Shown here piece by piece: positions 8,929-17,852 of a DNA stretch of 64,000 nucleotides. Numbering within the stretch: position 1 is the first letter of the stretch; every line of letters begins with the position of its first letter. Below the pieces are notes generated by a model. It saw only the letters and a list, made by a program, of their open reading frames with translations. It was not told where the DNA came from and searched no databases. The translations under genes were made by a program, and so were the position numbers. This DNA comes from Phycisphaerae bacterium (GTDB taxonomy: Bacteria; Planctomycetota; Phycisphaerae; Phycisphaerales; UBA1924): the NCBI GenBank assembly GCA_014192545.1, contig BJHL01000001.1:294380-358379 (forward strand), read 5' to 3'.

Positions 8929-9738
8929 TTAGCGACGACGGCGAGCGGCCAAAAGACCGCCAAGGCCTGCGATGGCGAGAGCACCGGGGGTTGGGACAGC
9001 GTTGCCTTCGATGATCAGGTACATCGAGTTACCAGAGGCGACACCAAAGCCGTTGAACGCGCCGAGGCCGGGGCCGCTGAAGCCGACTTGCTGAGGGTCA
9101 TAAACCCACAGAAGGTTGGCACTTGTGCCCACGGTTTGACCTGAGTCGGGAGTGATGACCCAGCCTGAGGGGCTGGTAACACCCGCTGCGTCAGGCGTGT
9201 TGTTGCCGAACTGCAGACCAAGACCGAAGCCGCCGATGTTGGTGTTGGTATAGAGGCCGTACACGAGTCCGGTGGTGAAGAGCGGGGTCACGCCGTTGCC
9301 AATGCTGTAGAGTTCGGTACCGAAACCAGTAGTTGCGCGAGCGGGCAGGTTGATGCTGCCAACGCTGTTCAGCGCGCCACCCGGCTGGACAGGCGCGCCG
9401 AGCAGGTCAACAGTGTTCGTCGCGGCGGCGTTGTACTGGCTCCAGAACAGGTTGACGCTATTGGCCGGAGCGGTCCCTGAGCGGCGAATGGCGATGGTGA
9501 TCTTCGTCACTTCCAGCGCGGGTGCACCAGCGATGAGCGCCTGATCCAAACCCACATCTTCCCAGTGGACCTGACCCACGGTGCTCGCGGGCACGCCGTC
9601 ATCGGGGCTGCCGGCGAAGTTGCCGAAGTTGACGCGGCTGGCGGGACCGATGGGGGCCGTGCGGCTGTACACCACTGCGGCGTTGGCGGAACCGGCAACC
9701 ATGGCGATGATCGCCACACTCAAAAGAGCCTTCTGCAT
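8929..9738 (-). CDS. PEP-CTERM sorting-domain secreted protein
   Basis: N-terminal signal peptide MQKALLSVAIIAMVAGSANA. The C-terminus VPTPGALAIAGLGGLLAARRRR is the PEP motif plus a TM helix plus an Arg cluster. AGGAGAG lies upstream of the ATG at 9738. The longer ORF to 9849 was rejected. Confidence 0.75.
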   Translation of the reverse strand: MQKALLSVAIIAMVAGSANAAVVYSRTAPIGPASRVNFGNFAGSPDDGVPASTVGQVHWEDVGLDQALIAGAPALEVTKITIAIRRSGTAPANSVNLFWSQYNAAATNTVDLLGAPVQPGGALNSVGSINLPARATTGFGTELYSIGNGVTPLFTTGLVYGLYTNTNIGGFGLGLQFGNNTPDAAGVTSPSGWVITPDSGQTVGTSANLLWVYDPQQVGFSGPGLGAFNGFGVASGNSMYLIIEGNAVPTPGALAIAGLGGLLAARRRR

Positions 9739-9951
9739 TTCTATCTCTCCTAGCCTCGCCTTTCGGCGGGGCAAACAAACACAAACGTCGCACCCACGCA
9801 CCTCACGTGTTAGCGCGTAGAACGACAGTGACACCACGTGAGCACACACTCACGAGACGACCGACGCGCGCGCGCCGGGTTTTCGATTGTCAAAGGGTGG
9901 TCTCTCTCTCAACTCCCTTAGACTGCTATACGATCCTCGTAATCGTTCGCG

Positions 9952-9980
9952 TTGTCAAGGGCTTACGTTGCCTTTGACAA
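9952..9980. promoter_or_regulatory. Inverted repeat TTGTCAAGGGC-N7-GCCTTTGACAA, with an extra half-site TTGTCAAAGGG at 9887-9897
   Basis: A near-perfect 11-bp inverted repeat plus a third copy of the half-site 60 bp away, 210-240 bp upstream of the PEP-CTERM gene start. Candidate regulator-binding sites. Confidence 0.3.
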
Positions 9981-10067
9981 CAAAAATCGCGATTTTTTCT
10001 GGGAAACGAAGCCGATAAGCAGTCGTCGGCCAGGGAATTTGTTTCAATAGAGACTTACTTGCCGCGC

Positions 10068-10098
10068 GAGCAAAAACACCCCACTTGTGCGGGGTGTT
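10068..10098 (-). terminator. rpsA intrinsic terminator (CACCCCGCACAAGTGGGGTG followed by TTTTTG on the minus strand)
   Basis: Hairpin with a U-tract about 50 nt downstream of the rpsA stop on the minus strand. Confidence 0.6.
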
Positions 10099-10145
10099 GA
10101 ATATGCAGAGATTATGCAGATTCGTCAGGTGCAGATTCGTCAGGC

Positions 10146-11564
10146 TTAGCTCAGGCCGCCCTTGAATTGGAACTGCTTGAACTTCTCGCGCTGGCGACGG
10201 AGTGCGGGGGTTTCCTTCGTGATTTCTTCGACGCTGCGGCCTTGGATCTTTTCCTTGCCGCCAAAGCCGCGGCCACCGCCGCCGAAGCCACCACCGGGCT
10301 TGCCGCCGCTGCGTGGGCCACCACCACCGCCGCCGCCAGTTTGGCCGCCTTCGGCACCTTCCTTGGCAGGAGCGCGGGCGGGAGCTTCGGGCATGGGCTT
10401 GAGGGCTTTGATCGACAGGCTGATCTTGCGGTTGGCGAGGTCAACCTTGAGGACCTTGACGCGGACGACTTCGTCTTGCTTCAAGACGTCTTCGACCTTG
10501 TTGATGCGCTTGTAGTCGATTTCGGAGATGTGAACCAGGCCGTCAACACCCGCCGCGAGTTCGACGAACGCGCCGAACTCGAGAATCTTGGTGACCTTGC
10601 CCTGCAACTCAGCACCTTCCACAACTTCGCTGGCTTGCTGCGCGAAGGGATCGCCAGCGACTTGCTTGATCGACAACGCGATCTGGTTCTTGTCGGCATC
10701 AATCTTCAGAATGCGAACCTTGACGCGCTGGCCTTCCTTGATGTGCTTGGCAATGTGCTTCTCGCCAAACGCAGCGCGGTCGTAGCTGATTTCGCTGAAG
10801 TGCACCAGGCCGTCCATGCCGCCCAGATCGACGAACGCGCCGAACGGCATGATCTTGCGGACCGTGCCTTCCATCGTTTCGCCTTCTTTGAGCGTTTCCT
10901 TGAGCTTCGCGGCGTTTTCCCGGCGTTCAACCGCAAGTACATCGCGACGGCTCAGAACGATGTTGCCCTTGCCCATGCGTTCAACGCGGACAACCGAGCA
11001 GGCCATCTTTTCGCCCACGAAAACGCTCAGATCTTCGATGCGATCAAAGCCGATTTGGCTGGCAGGCATGAAGGCGCGGTGGCTGGCAACTTCAAGTTCC
11101 AAGCCAGCGGGCTTGTTTTCCTTGCCCGTCACTACACCCGTCACGCGAGCTTCGACCACTTGGCCAGCTTCGAGCTTTTCCCAGTCAGCCTTGCTGACCG
11201 CGCCGGGGCGCGAGCAGATGAAGACGTTGTCGCTGGCTTCGAACTTGTCAACGACAACTTCGAGGTCAGTACCCACCACGGGCAGGTCTTTGTCCTCGGG
11301 GTACTGAACCCGCGAGAGAATGCCGAGTTCTTTGGGGCCAAACTCGATGAAAATGTCAGTGGGACCCACGCTCACAACTTTGCCGTTGCGGTGTTCGCGG
11401 CCAGCCTGCACGACGCGCGGGCCGCGCACGCGGGCGGGTGCCCCGGCTTTGGTGGGGGCGGGCTCAGCCGCGCCATGGGCTTCCATCTCCTTCATGGCCG
11501 CGTCAATTTCGGCCATGGTTTCAGCGGAGAGGGAGGAAGAAGAGTTGTCGGGCTGAGCGGTCAT
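10146..11564 (-). CDS. rpsA: 30S ribosomal protein S1
   Basis: Four consecutive S1 RNA-binding domains (repeated G..V.G.V..I..FGAFV...G..GL.H.SE motifs) followed by a Gly-rich, RGG-like C-terminal tail. A possible alternative start lies at 11516. Confidence 0.85.
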   Translation of the reverse strand: MTAQPDNSSSSLSAETMAEIDAAMKEMEAHGAAEPAPTKAGAPARVRGPRVVQAGREHRNGKVVSVGPTDIFIEFGPKELGILSRVQYPEDKDLPVVGTDLEVVVDKFEASDNVFICSRPGAVSKADWEKLEAGQVVEARVTGVVTGKENKPAGLELEVASHRAFMPASQIGFDRIEDLSVFVGEKMACSVVRVERMGKGNIVLSRRDVLAVERRENAAKLKETLKEGETMEGTVRKIMPFGAFVDLGGMDGLVHFSEISYDRAAFGEKHIAKHIKEGQRVKVRILKIDADKNQIALSIKQVAGDPFAQQASEVVEGAELQGKVTKILEFGAFVELAAGVDGLVHISEIDYKRINKVEDVLKQDEVVRVKVLKVDLANRKISLSIKALKPMPEAPARAPAKEGAEGGQTGGGGGGGPRSGGKPGGGFGGGGRGFGGKEKIQGRSVEEITKETPALRRQREKFKQFQFKGGLS

Positions 11565-11659
11565 GGATGGGGTTCTTGGGAAAAGGAATTGAGGCTGCCA
11601 GGTTCACTTATGTTCCACCGCGTGGCGACGCCTCCGTTTGGGCGCAGTGGAAAGTGATT

Positions 11660-12667
11660 CTAGGCGTTTATCGCAAGGGGCGGGAAGTCGGCGACACGGG
11701 CGATGTCACGATGTATCTGTCCCAGCAGGGCGGGCAGGCCCGGGAACTTCATTTCGTCGCGCAGGAAGTGGTGAAAACCCACCCGCAGATGCCAGCCGTA
11801 CTCGGGCAAGTTGGGCAAGGGCGACCATGTCTTCGCCTCGCGCAGCAGGTGTACTTCGACCCGCCGTTGCACACCATTGACCGTGGGACGCATGCCCACG
11901 TTGATAGCGGCCGGAAAAACCGTGCCATCCGGAAGCGTGCCGGTGCCGGCGTACGCGCCGTTCATAGGCATCATGCCATCGCAGATGACATTTGCCGTCG
12001 GCACGTTAATGGTGCGGCCAATGCGATCGCCTTGCGCCACCGTACCCGCGAACTCGTAAGGCCGGCCCAACATCCGAGCCGCATCCGCCACGCGACCATG
12101 GCTCAGCAGCCACCGAACCAGCGACGAACTAGCCCGCACAATGCTGTGATCGTTGAGCGTCACGTCTACAGCCGGGACGACCTGCACCCGGCAACCACTC
12201 GCGCTGGCCTGAGCCTGCATCGTGTGAACATTGCCCGTGCGACCCTTGCCAAAGTGGAAGTCCTCACCCTCAGCAATCAGCCCCGGCGTGAACTCCTTGA
12301 GAACCCACGCGAGAAACTCCTCGGCAGTCTTATCAAGCAGCTCGGGCGTGGGCTCCAGCCGAATGACTTCATCCGCACCCGCCGCAAGCAACTGCTCGCG
12401 GCGCTGGTCAAAGGTTGTCAGCCGAGGCGGAGCGTGCTGAGGCCGCAGCAACGCGTTAGGATGCGGATCAAACGCGAGCACGAAGACCTTGCCGGCGTGG
12501 GCTTGGGCGAAAGCGCGGCACGCCGCCACCAAGGCCCGGTGGCCGAGGTGAACGCCGTCGAAGTTGCCGATGGTGAGGGCGTGAACGTGCACAGGCGAGA
12601 GTAGGAAACGGGAAGGGGAAGAAGAAGGTTCACCGCAAGTCCGCGAAGAGCGCGAAGCAAACGTCAA
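11660..12667 (-). CDS. ribF: Bifunctional riboflavin kinase / FMN adenylyltransferase
   Basis: FAD-synthetase nucleotidyltransferase motif TIGNFDGVHLGH, and riboflavin-kinase C-domain motifs (PTANV...GxYA, EVHLL). The true start may be an internal GTG near 12589. Confidence 0.85.
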   Translation of the reverse strand: MTFASRSSRTCGEPSSSPSRFLLSPVHVHALTIGNFDGVHLGHRALVAACRAFAQAHAGKVFVLAFDPHPNALLRPQHAPPRLTTFDQRREQLLAAGADEVIRLEPTPELLDKTAEEFLAWVLKEFTPGLIAEGEDFHFGKGRTGNVHTMQAQASASGCRVQVVPAVDVTLNDHSIVRASSSLVRWLLSHGRVADAARMLGRPYEFAGTVAQGDRIGRTINVPTANVICDGMMPMNGAYAGTGTLPDGTVFPAAINVGMRPTVNGVQRRVEVHLLREAKTWSPLPNLPEYGWHLRVGFHHFLRDEMKFPGLPALLGQIHRDIARVADFPPLAINA

Positions 12668-12789
12668 AGGTTGTGGTTGGGAAACGACCCCTTCCCAACT
12701 CCTGCCTTTTCTCTCTGCGTCTCGGCGGTGAAGTCATTGACCTTTTTTTGCGGCCTTTGCGGCTTTGCGGTGAACCGGTTTTCGGTTGT

Positions 12790-14271
12790 TCACACTGGCA
12801 CAGCGGCGTGGGCGGGCACTGGCATGGGTTCTTCGTTGCTCAGGTACGTGTTGTCTCGGCGAAGTTCGACGACCAGGGTGTCGTCGGCTCGTGCGCCGAC
12901 GCGTTTGGCGTCGGTGGCGGCGAGGACGGCGTCGGCGAGGGGGCCTCGGCGGGTCGCGACGTCGCGCATGATTGCGCGCAGGCCTTCGAGGCCTAGGAGG
13001 CGGCCGGTTGCGCTGAGGGTTTCGGTGATGCCGTCGGTGTAGGCGACCAGGCGGTCTCCGGGCAGGAAGGGGACGTGGGCGGCTCCGTCTTCGAAGTCGT
13101 CGCCGCTGCATGCGCCAAGGACGAAGGTGGTGGAGAAGAGTTCTTCGATCTCGCCGGTTGCGCGGACGATGAAGGCGGGCGGGTGGCCGCCGCTGGCGTA
13201 GATGAGTTCGTCTTTATGCGTGTCGATGCGCATGCACAGGGCGGTGAGGTAGATGCTGTGGGTGGCGAGGGTCAAGTGGGCGTAGCGGTTGAGGAGGCAG
13301 AGCAGTTCGCCCGGCTTGATGTCGGGGCGTTCGGCGGTGATACGCGTGAGTTCGCCCCAGATGCGATTGACGGTGAGGGCGGCGAGGATGCCGTGGCCTG
13401 TAACGTCGAGCAGGATGACGTTGAGCTTGCCGGGTGCAGCTTCGTGGACGAAGATGAAGTCGCCGCCGATTTGCTGCATGGGTTCGTAGCGGTAGGAGAA
13501 CTGCACAGGGCCTTGGGTGATTTCGCGCGGGAAGAGAGCTTCGTGGATGCGGCGAGCGTCGACCAGTTCGCGGCGGACATCGCGGAAGCGTTTGTAGAAG
13601 AAGGCGCGTTCGGCGAGTTCGTAGCGGCGGGAGTGGCGCAGCATGCACATGAGCACGCCCGGCACGCCAACCAGTGGACCGAGCACGAGGGTGAACGTTC
13701 GCACGGGCAAAGCAGAGTCACCCAGAATCATGTGGAGCGTGCCCCAGACGAGCAGCACGGGGATGAGGGGCATCATGGCTTGGCGCGGGGTCCAAGGGAG
13801 GAAGCAGCAGGCGAGGAAGTGGGTGATGAAAACGCCGAGTATGCCCAGACTTTGGCCGATGGGCATGTAATCAAGGCCGACTTGCAGGAAGCCATCGACG
13901 ACGACGAGCAAGTAGGTCAGGCGAAGGAACTGCTCGCCGACGAGATCGCGGCGTTTCCAAGCGAGCCAGAAAGAGCCAATGTAGCAGGCAAGGCCCAGGC
14001 AACTGACGACCATGGTGACGGCGAGATTTTTCCAATCGCTGTCGTTGATCGTGACCTTCATGCCGCCTGCGGTGTTGGCGGAGAGAGCCTTGGCCGCGGC
14101 GGGGAAGGCGAAGAAGGCGATGAACATGAAGAGGATGGCGATGACCGACAGGCAGATGAGCGTGCCTGAGAACCAGAGGAAGCGTCGGCGGAGGAGTTGT
14201 TGCGTCTCCCGATCAAACTCCTGCTGGAGTTCGCTGGTAGCGGCGACGAGCGTGACGGGCGACCTTTCCAT
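12790..14271 (-). CDS. Membrane-anchored PP2C-family Ser/Thr phosphatase (SpoIIE/RsbU-like) with a multi-TM N-terminal sensor
   Basis: Five or more hydrophobic helices in the N-terminal 230 aa. The C-terminal PPM domain carries the metal-binding motifs GDFIFV, LDVTGHG, ASGGHPP and YTDGITE. Confidence 0.8.
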   Translation of the reverse strand: MERSPVTLVAATSELQQEFDRETQQLLRRRFLWFSGTLICLSVIAILFMFIAFFAFPAAAKALSANTAGGMKVTINDSDWKNLAVTMVVSCLGLACYIGSFWLAWKRRDLVGEQFLRLTYLLVVVDGFLQVGLDYMPIGQSLGILGVFITHFLACCFLPWTPRQAMMPLIPVLLVWGTLHMILGDSALPVRTFTLVLGPLVGVPGVLMCMLRHSRRYELAERAFFYKRFRDVRRELVDARRIHEALFPREITQGPVQFSYRYEPMQQIGGDFIFVHEAAPGKLNVILLDVTGHGILAALTVNRIWGELTRITAERPDIKPGELLCLLNRYAHLTLATHSIYLTALCMRIDTHKDELIYASGGHPPAFIVRATGEIEELFSTTFVLGACSGDDFEDGAAHVPFLPGDRLVAYTDGITETLSATGRLLGLEGLRAIMRDVATRRGPLADAVLAATDAKRVGARADDTLVVELRRDNTYLSNEEPMPVPAHAAVPV

Positions 14272-14481
14272 TCCTGCAATCAGCGTACCACAAACCGAAC
14301 AGAATTCCTAGGGGCAAGCAAGGCGGAACCGAGGAATTCGCACGCAACTTGTTCGCAGTGTGGGCATTGGCGTTATGGGGAGAGTTTGGCTGAAGTTTTC
14401 ACGGCGAGAACTCCTCAATTCGAAATGCAGCCTCCTAGCCGCGTCAATGGCATACCGAGGGAGTACCACCGATCTCTTGAG

Positions 14482-14813
14482 CTACTTGTCGTTGCGGCCT
14501 TGGCGTTTGCCGTCGGGGCGGCCGCTGGGTTTGCCGTCGTGCTTGCGGATGGCGATACCGCCGCCGACGGTGCGGGGGCCGACGGCGTTGTTTTCAGGCC
14601 AGGCAGCGTCGACTTGCGAGGGGGAGAACTGGCGGGCTTGATTGATGGGCTGGCTGCGCTCGATGGGGGAGTATTCGGTGGCGGTTGTGCAACCGGGCAG
14701 TGTGGGGAGAAGAACTGAAGCGAAAAGTGCGAGAAAGAAAAAACCCGTGCGGACACGCGTTGATTCGCGGGTGTCGGCACGGGCGAGAAGAGATGTCGCG
14801 GGGCTGAGCTTCA
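14482..14813 (-). CDS. Small hypothetical lipoprotein (GTG start)
   Basis: The signal peptide RVRTGFFFLALFASVLLPTLPGC carries an LPGC lipobox. The ORF is trimmed to the first in-frame GTG downstream of the msrB stop, and no good SD is present. Confidence 0.35.
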
Positions 14814-14882
14814 CACTTGCAGTATCGTCACGAGGGATGGCTGGCTGCACGTGAGGTGATAGAAACGCTGCGAAAAGTGGTG

Positions 14883-15623
14883 TTACTTCTTTGCGGGCGC
14901 TTCGATGATTGCTTCGGTTTCCATGTTCTTGCTCGATGTGGTGCCTGGGATGTGGACGATGCTGACGCTGTTGATGCAGTAGCGCGTGCCGGTGTCGGTG
15001 GGGCCGTCGTTGAAGACGTGACCCAAGTGGCCGTCGCAGCGACTGCACATGACCTCGGTGCGGAGCATGCCGTAGGTGCGATCGGATTCGTAGCGGATAG
15101 TTCCTTTGATGGCTTTGTCAAAGGCGGGCCAGCCGCATTCGCTGACGAATTTGTCATCGCCCGTGAAGAGCAGATTGCCGCAGGCGGCGCAGCGATATTC
15201 GCCCGGGCCGCCTTTGTCCCAGAGCTTGCCGGTGAAGGCACGCTCGGTGCCCTTTTGCCGCAAGATGCGGTATTGATCGGGCGAGAGGCGCTGCTGCCAC
15301 TGCTCGTCGGTGAGCGTGACGGCGCCGGTCCTGGGGTCGATGGGAATGTCTTTCCAGGCGGCGAGGAGTGGGTCCATAGGTTGGCTCTCGGTTGAGGCTG
15401 GCGGCTGTGCAGCGGCGGTTTGGGGTGTGCTGGGTTCGGAGTTGGTTGGCTGTTTCGTGGGCTGCTTCGTGGGCTGCGTAGCGCTGTCCTTCACGGGCAC
15501 AGACGCGGCCTGTTTGGGCTCACTTGTGCGAGGTGAGCACGATGCGAGGGTGAGGGCAAGTGTGAGCGAGCCGGCGAGGCCGACGATGGCCAGGCTTGCG
15601 GCGGAGCGAAAGTTGCGAAGCAT
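14883..15623 (-). CDS. msrB: Peptide-methionine (R)-S-oxide reductase MsrB as a lipoprotein, with a Thr/Pro/Gln-rich linker
   Basis: SelR domain with both zinc CxxC pairs (CAACGNLLF...CGWPAF; CSRCDGHLGHVF) and the RYCINS catalytic Cys. Lipobox LTLASC. AGGAG lies 6 nt upstream of the ATG at 15623. Confidence 0.85.
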   Translation of the reverse strand: MLRNFRSAASLAIVGLAGSLTLALTLASCSPRTSEPKQAASVPVKDSATQPTKQPTKQPTNSEPSTPQTAAAQPPASTESQPMDPLLAAWKDIPIDPRTGAVTLTDEQWQQRLSPDQYRILRQKGTERAFTGKLWDKGGPGEYRCAACGNLLFTGDDKFVSECGWPAFDKAIKGTIRYESDRTYGMLRTEVMCSRCDGHLGHVFNDGPTDTGTRYCINSVSIVHIPGTTSSKNMETEAIIEAPAKK

Positions 15624-15746
15624 GTGATCTCCTACGGAAGTGAACACCTTGGTGTTCGCTGGCTGCGGGTTTGCAGTTGCGGGTGTGGAGGTGTTCATGT
15701 ATGTTGGTTGCCGATGGAGATGCGAGCGTTGCGGTGAGCAAGCGGG

Positions 15747-15992
15747 CTAGAAAATCACCAATAACACGATTGCGAGCAATAAAACTACGGCGGTTATGAG
15801 GGCCCAGGTCGGCAAGCCCTTTTCATCGCGGGCCATGAGGGCGTGGCCGCACTTCCAGCAGAGATCGACGTCGTCGTGCAGTGTCGCGCCGCACTTGGGG
15901 CAGTCGCGTGTGGCATCGTTGAACTGTTCGATGTCTTCGAGACGGGGGTTGTCGTCGTCTTCTCGCGGGGGACGGACGTTGCGGACTGGCAT
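15747..15992 (-). CDS. Small zinc-ribbon protein with a C-terminal TM anchor (about 81 aa)
   Basis: CPKCG-x11-CWKCG is followed by WALITAVVLLLAIVLLVIF. The TM helix uses AT-rich codons that are unusual for this genome. It is divergent from, and nearly abuts, the TPR-GT41 gene. Confidence 0.4.
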   Translation of the reverse strand: MPVRNVRPPREDDDNPRLEDIEQFNDATRDCPKCGATLHDDVDLCWKCGHALMARDEKGLPTWALITAVVLLLAIVLLVIF

Positions 15993-16010
15993 GGTGCAAG
16001 CGTAGTGCGA

Positions 16011-17822
16011 ATGGGCGGGGGACCAAGCGAACCTACCGTTGGACGATTGCCACCACCACCCAGCCAACCGACTGCCGACCTTCGCACACGCACACAGGAA
16101 TTGCTCAATGCGGGGCGGTTCTTGCAAGCCGAGGAACTGGCGCGCAGGCTTTTGCAAGCCAAGCCGCGCGAGTTTGACGGATACTACTTGCTGGCGGCTG
16201 CGCTGCACTTTTCTGGTCGCAGCGAGCAAGCGATGCCGCTGGCGAAGCAGGCACTGGGGATGCAGCCGAACCATCCGCAGTTGCACAACTTGCTCGCACA
16301 GATTTCACTCAAGCTGCGCAAGTTGGATGATGCGCTTGCGCATGCGAAACGAGCGGTAGAGATTGAGCCGCGCGATCCGATGGGGCACAACACGCTGGGG
16401 GCGGTGTATTTGATTCGCGAAGAGGCCGAACATGCGATGGAGCCGCTGACGACGGCGTTGCGGATGAATCCGTTTGACAGCAGCGCGATCAACAACCTGG
16501 CCCGGGTGATGTCGGACCATTGCATGGTTGAAGAAGCGTGCGTCATGCTGGATCGCGCGCTGCAGCCTGATCCGCAGAACTTTGTGCTGCTGCAGAATTA
16601 CACGCCGCTGCTCAACTATCCGCTGGGTGCGTCGGTCGTGACGCGGATGGCGGCGGCGCGGTCGATGGCGGGGATTTTTCAGCAGCGTGCGAACGGCGCG
16701 AACTTGTGCAAGGTGACGGATTTCTCGCCCCAGCGCAAGCTGCGTGTGGGTGTGCTGAGCTTTGACTTTCGCATGCATAGCTGCGCGTTTTTTCTGCGGC
16801 CTTTGCTGCGGTATGTGTCGCGAGAGGGCTTTGAACTGCATGGGCTGTGCTGCAACTCGTTGCATGATGACGTGACGCATGAGCTGCGAGGGCTGTGCGA
16901 CAAGTGGCATGATGTGTCGGCACTTGCGCCCGCTGCGCTTGCGAAGCACATCGCTGATGCGAAGATAGATGTGCTCTTGGATCTGGGCGGATACACATCG
17001 GGAAGCCGACTGGAAGTATGCGCGTTCTCGCCGGCGGCGATGCATGTTTCGTACATGGGCTATCCGGGTACGACGGCGATGCCGCAAGTTTCGTGGCGAA
17101 TTGTCGATCGTGTGACGGACACGGCGGATCAGAGCGATTTGTTTACGGAGCGGTTGCATCGGATGGACGGCTGCTTTTTGTGCTATGACCCGGGGACGAG
17201 TTTGCCGGAGCCGCGCAAGGTGAAGCGAGGAGGGCCGGTGACGTTTGGCTCGTTTAGTGCGACGACGAAGATTTGCTCGGCGACCGTTGAGTTGTGGGCG
17301 AAGGTTTTGCGGGCAGTGCCGGAGAGCACGTTGTTCATCAAAGGATGGGCGATGGGAGGCGAGCTTGCGCCGGCGACGCTGCGCAAACGATTTGAAGCTG
17401 CGGGCGTGAGTGCGGCGAGACTGCGATTTGCTGGGCGAACCAAGACGGGGGCGGATCACCTTCGCATGTATGACCAGGTGGACATCGCGCTCGATACGAC
17501 GCCTTATGTGGGAACGACCACGACATGCGAAGCTCTGCTGATGGGTGTGCCGGTGATGACGCTCGCGGGTAGTGAACATCGTTCGCGCGTGGGTGCGTCG
17601 CTGCTGACAGCCGCAGGGGTGCCTGAGCTGATCGCGAACAGCACGGATGAGTTTGTAGCGTTGGCTGCTGGGCTTGCAGGCGATGAGGCGAAGTTGGCGG
17701 TGTATCACACGACACTGCGTGAACAATTGCTGGGCAGTTCGCTGTGTGATGGGCCTGCGTTTGCGAAACGATTTGAGACAGCCCTGCGGAGTGTGTGGCA
17801 GTGGCGGTGTGAGCAGCAGTAA
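16011..17822 (+). CDS. TPR-repeat protein fused to an O-GlcNAc-transferase-like (GT41) glycosyltransferase domain
   Basis: N-terminal TPR repeats (LLAAALHFSGRSEQAMPLAKQALGMQPNHPQ...) and a C-terminal GT41 catalytic region (GVLSFDFRMHSCAFF, GYPGTT, FGSF, the HxD motif HLRMYDQVDIALDTTPYVGTTTTCEAL). Start is trimmed to the ATG at 16011. Confidence 0.7.
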   Translation: MGGGPSEPTVGRLPPPPSQPTADLRTRTQELLNAGRFLQAEELARRLLQAKPREFDGYYLLAAALHFSGRSEQAMPLAKQALGMQPNHPQLHNLLAQISLKLRKLDDALAHAKRAVEIEPRDPMGHNTLGAVYLIREEAEHAMEPLTTALRMNPFDSSAINNLARVMSDHCMVEEACVMLDRALQPDPQNFVLLQNYTPLLNYPLGASVVTRMAAARSMAGIFQQRANGANLCKVTDFSPQRKLRVGVLSFDFRMHSCAFFLRPLLRYVSREGFELHGLCCNSLHDDVTHELRGLCDKWHDVSALAPAALAKHIADAKIDVLLDLGGYTSGSRLEVCAFSPAAMHVSYMGYPGTTAMPQVSWRIVDRVTDTADQSDLFTERLHRMDGCFLCYDPGTSLPEPRKVKRGGPVTFGSFSATTKICSATVELWAKVLRAVPESTLFIKGWAMGGELAPATLRKRFEAAGVSAARLRFAGRTKTGADHLRMYDQVDIALDTTPYVGTTTTCEALLMGVPVMTLAGSEHRSRVGASLLTAAGVPELIANSTDEFVALAAGLAGDEAKLAVYHTTLREQLLGSSLCDGPAFAKRFETALRSVWQWRCEQQ

Positions 17823-17852
17823 ACGGTTACAAGAAGCAACGACGAGAAGATC

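Noticed and set aside
10167-11657. 496-aa plus-strand ORF opposite rpsA
   Set aside because: Antisense to the four S1-domain rpsA gene, with no motifs.
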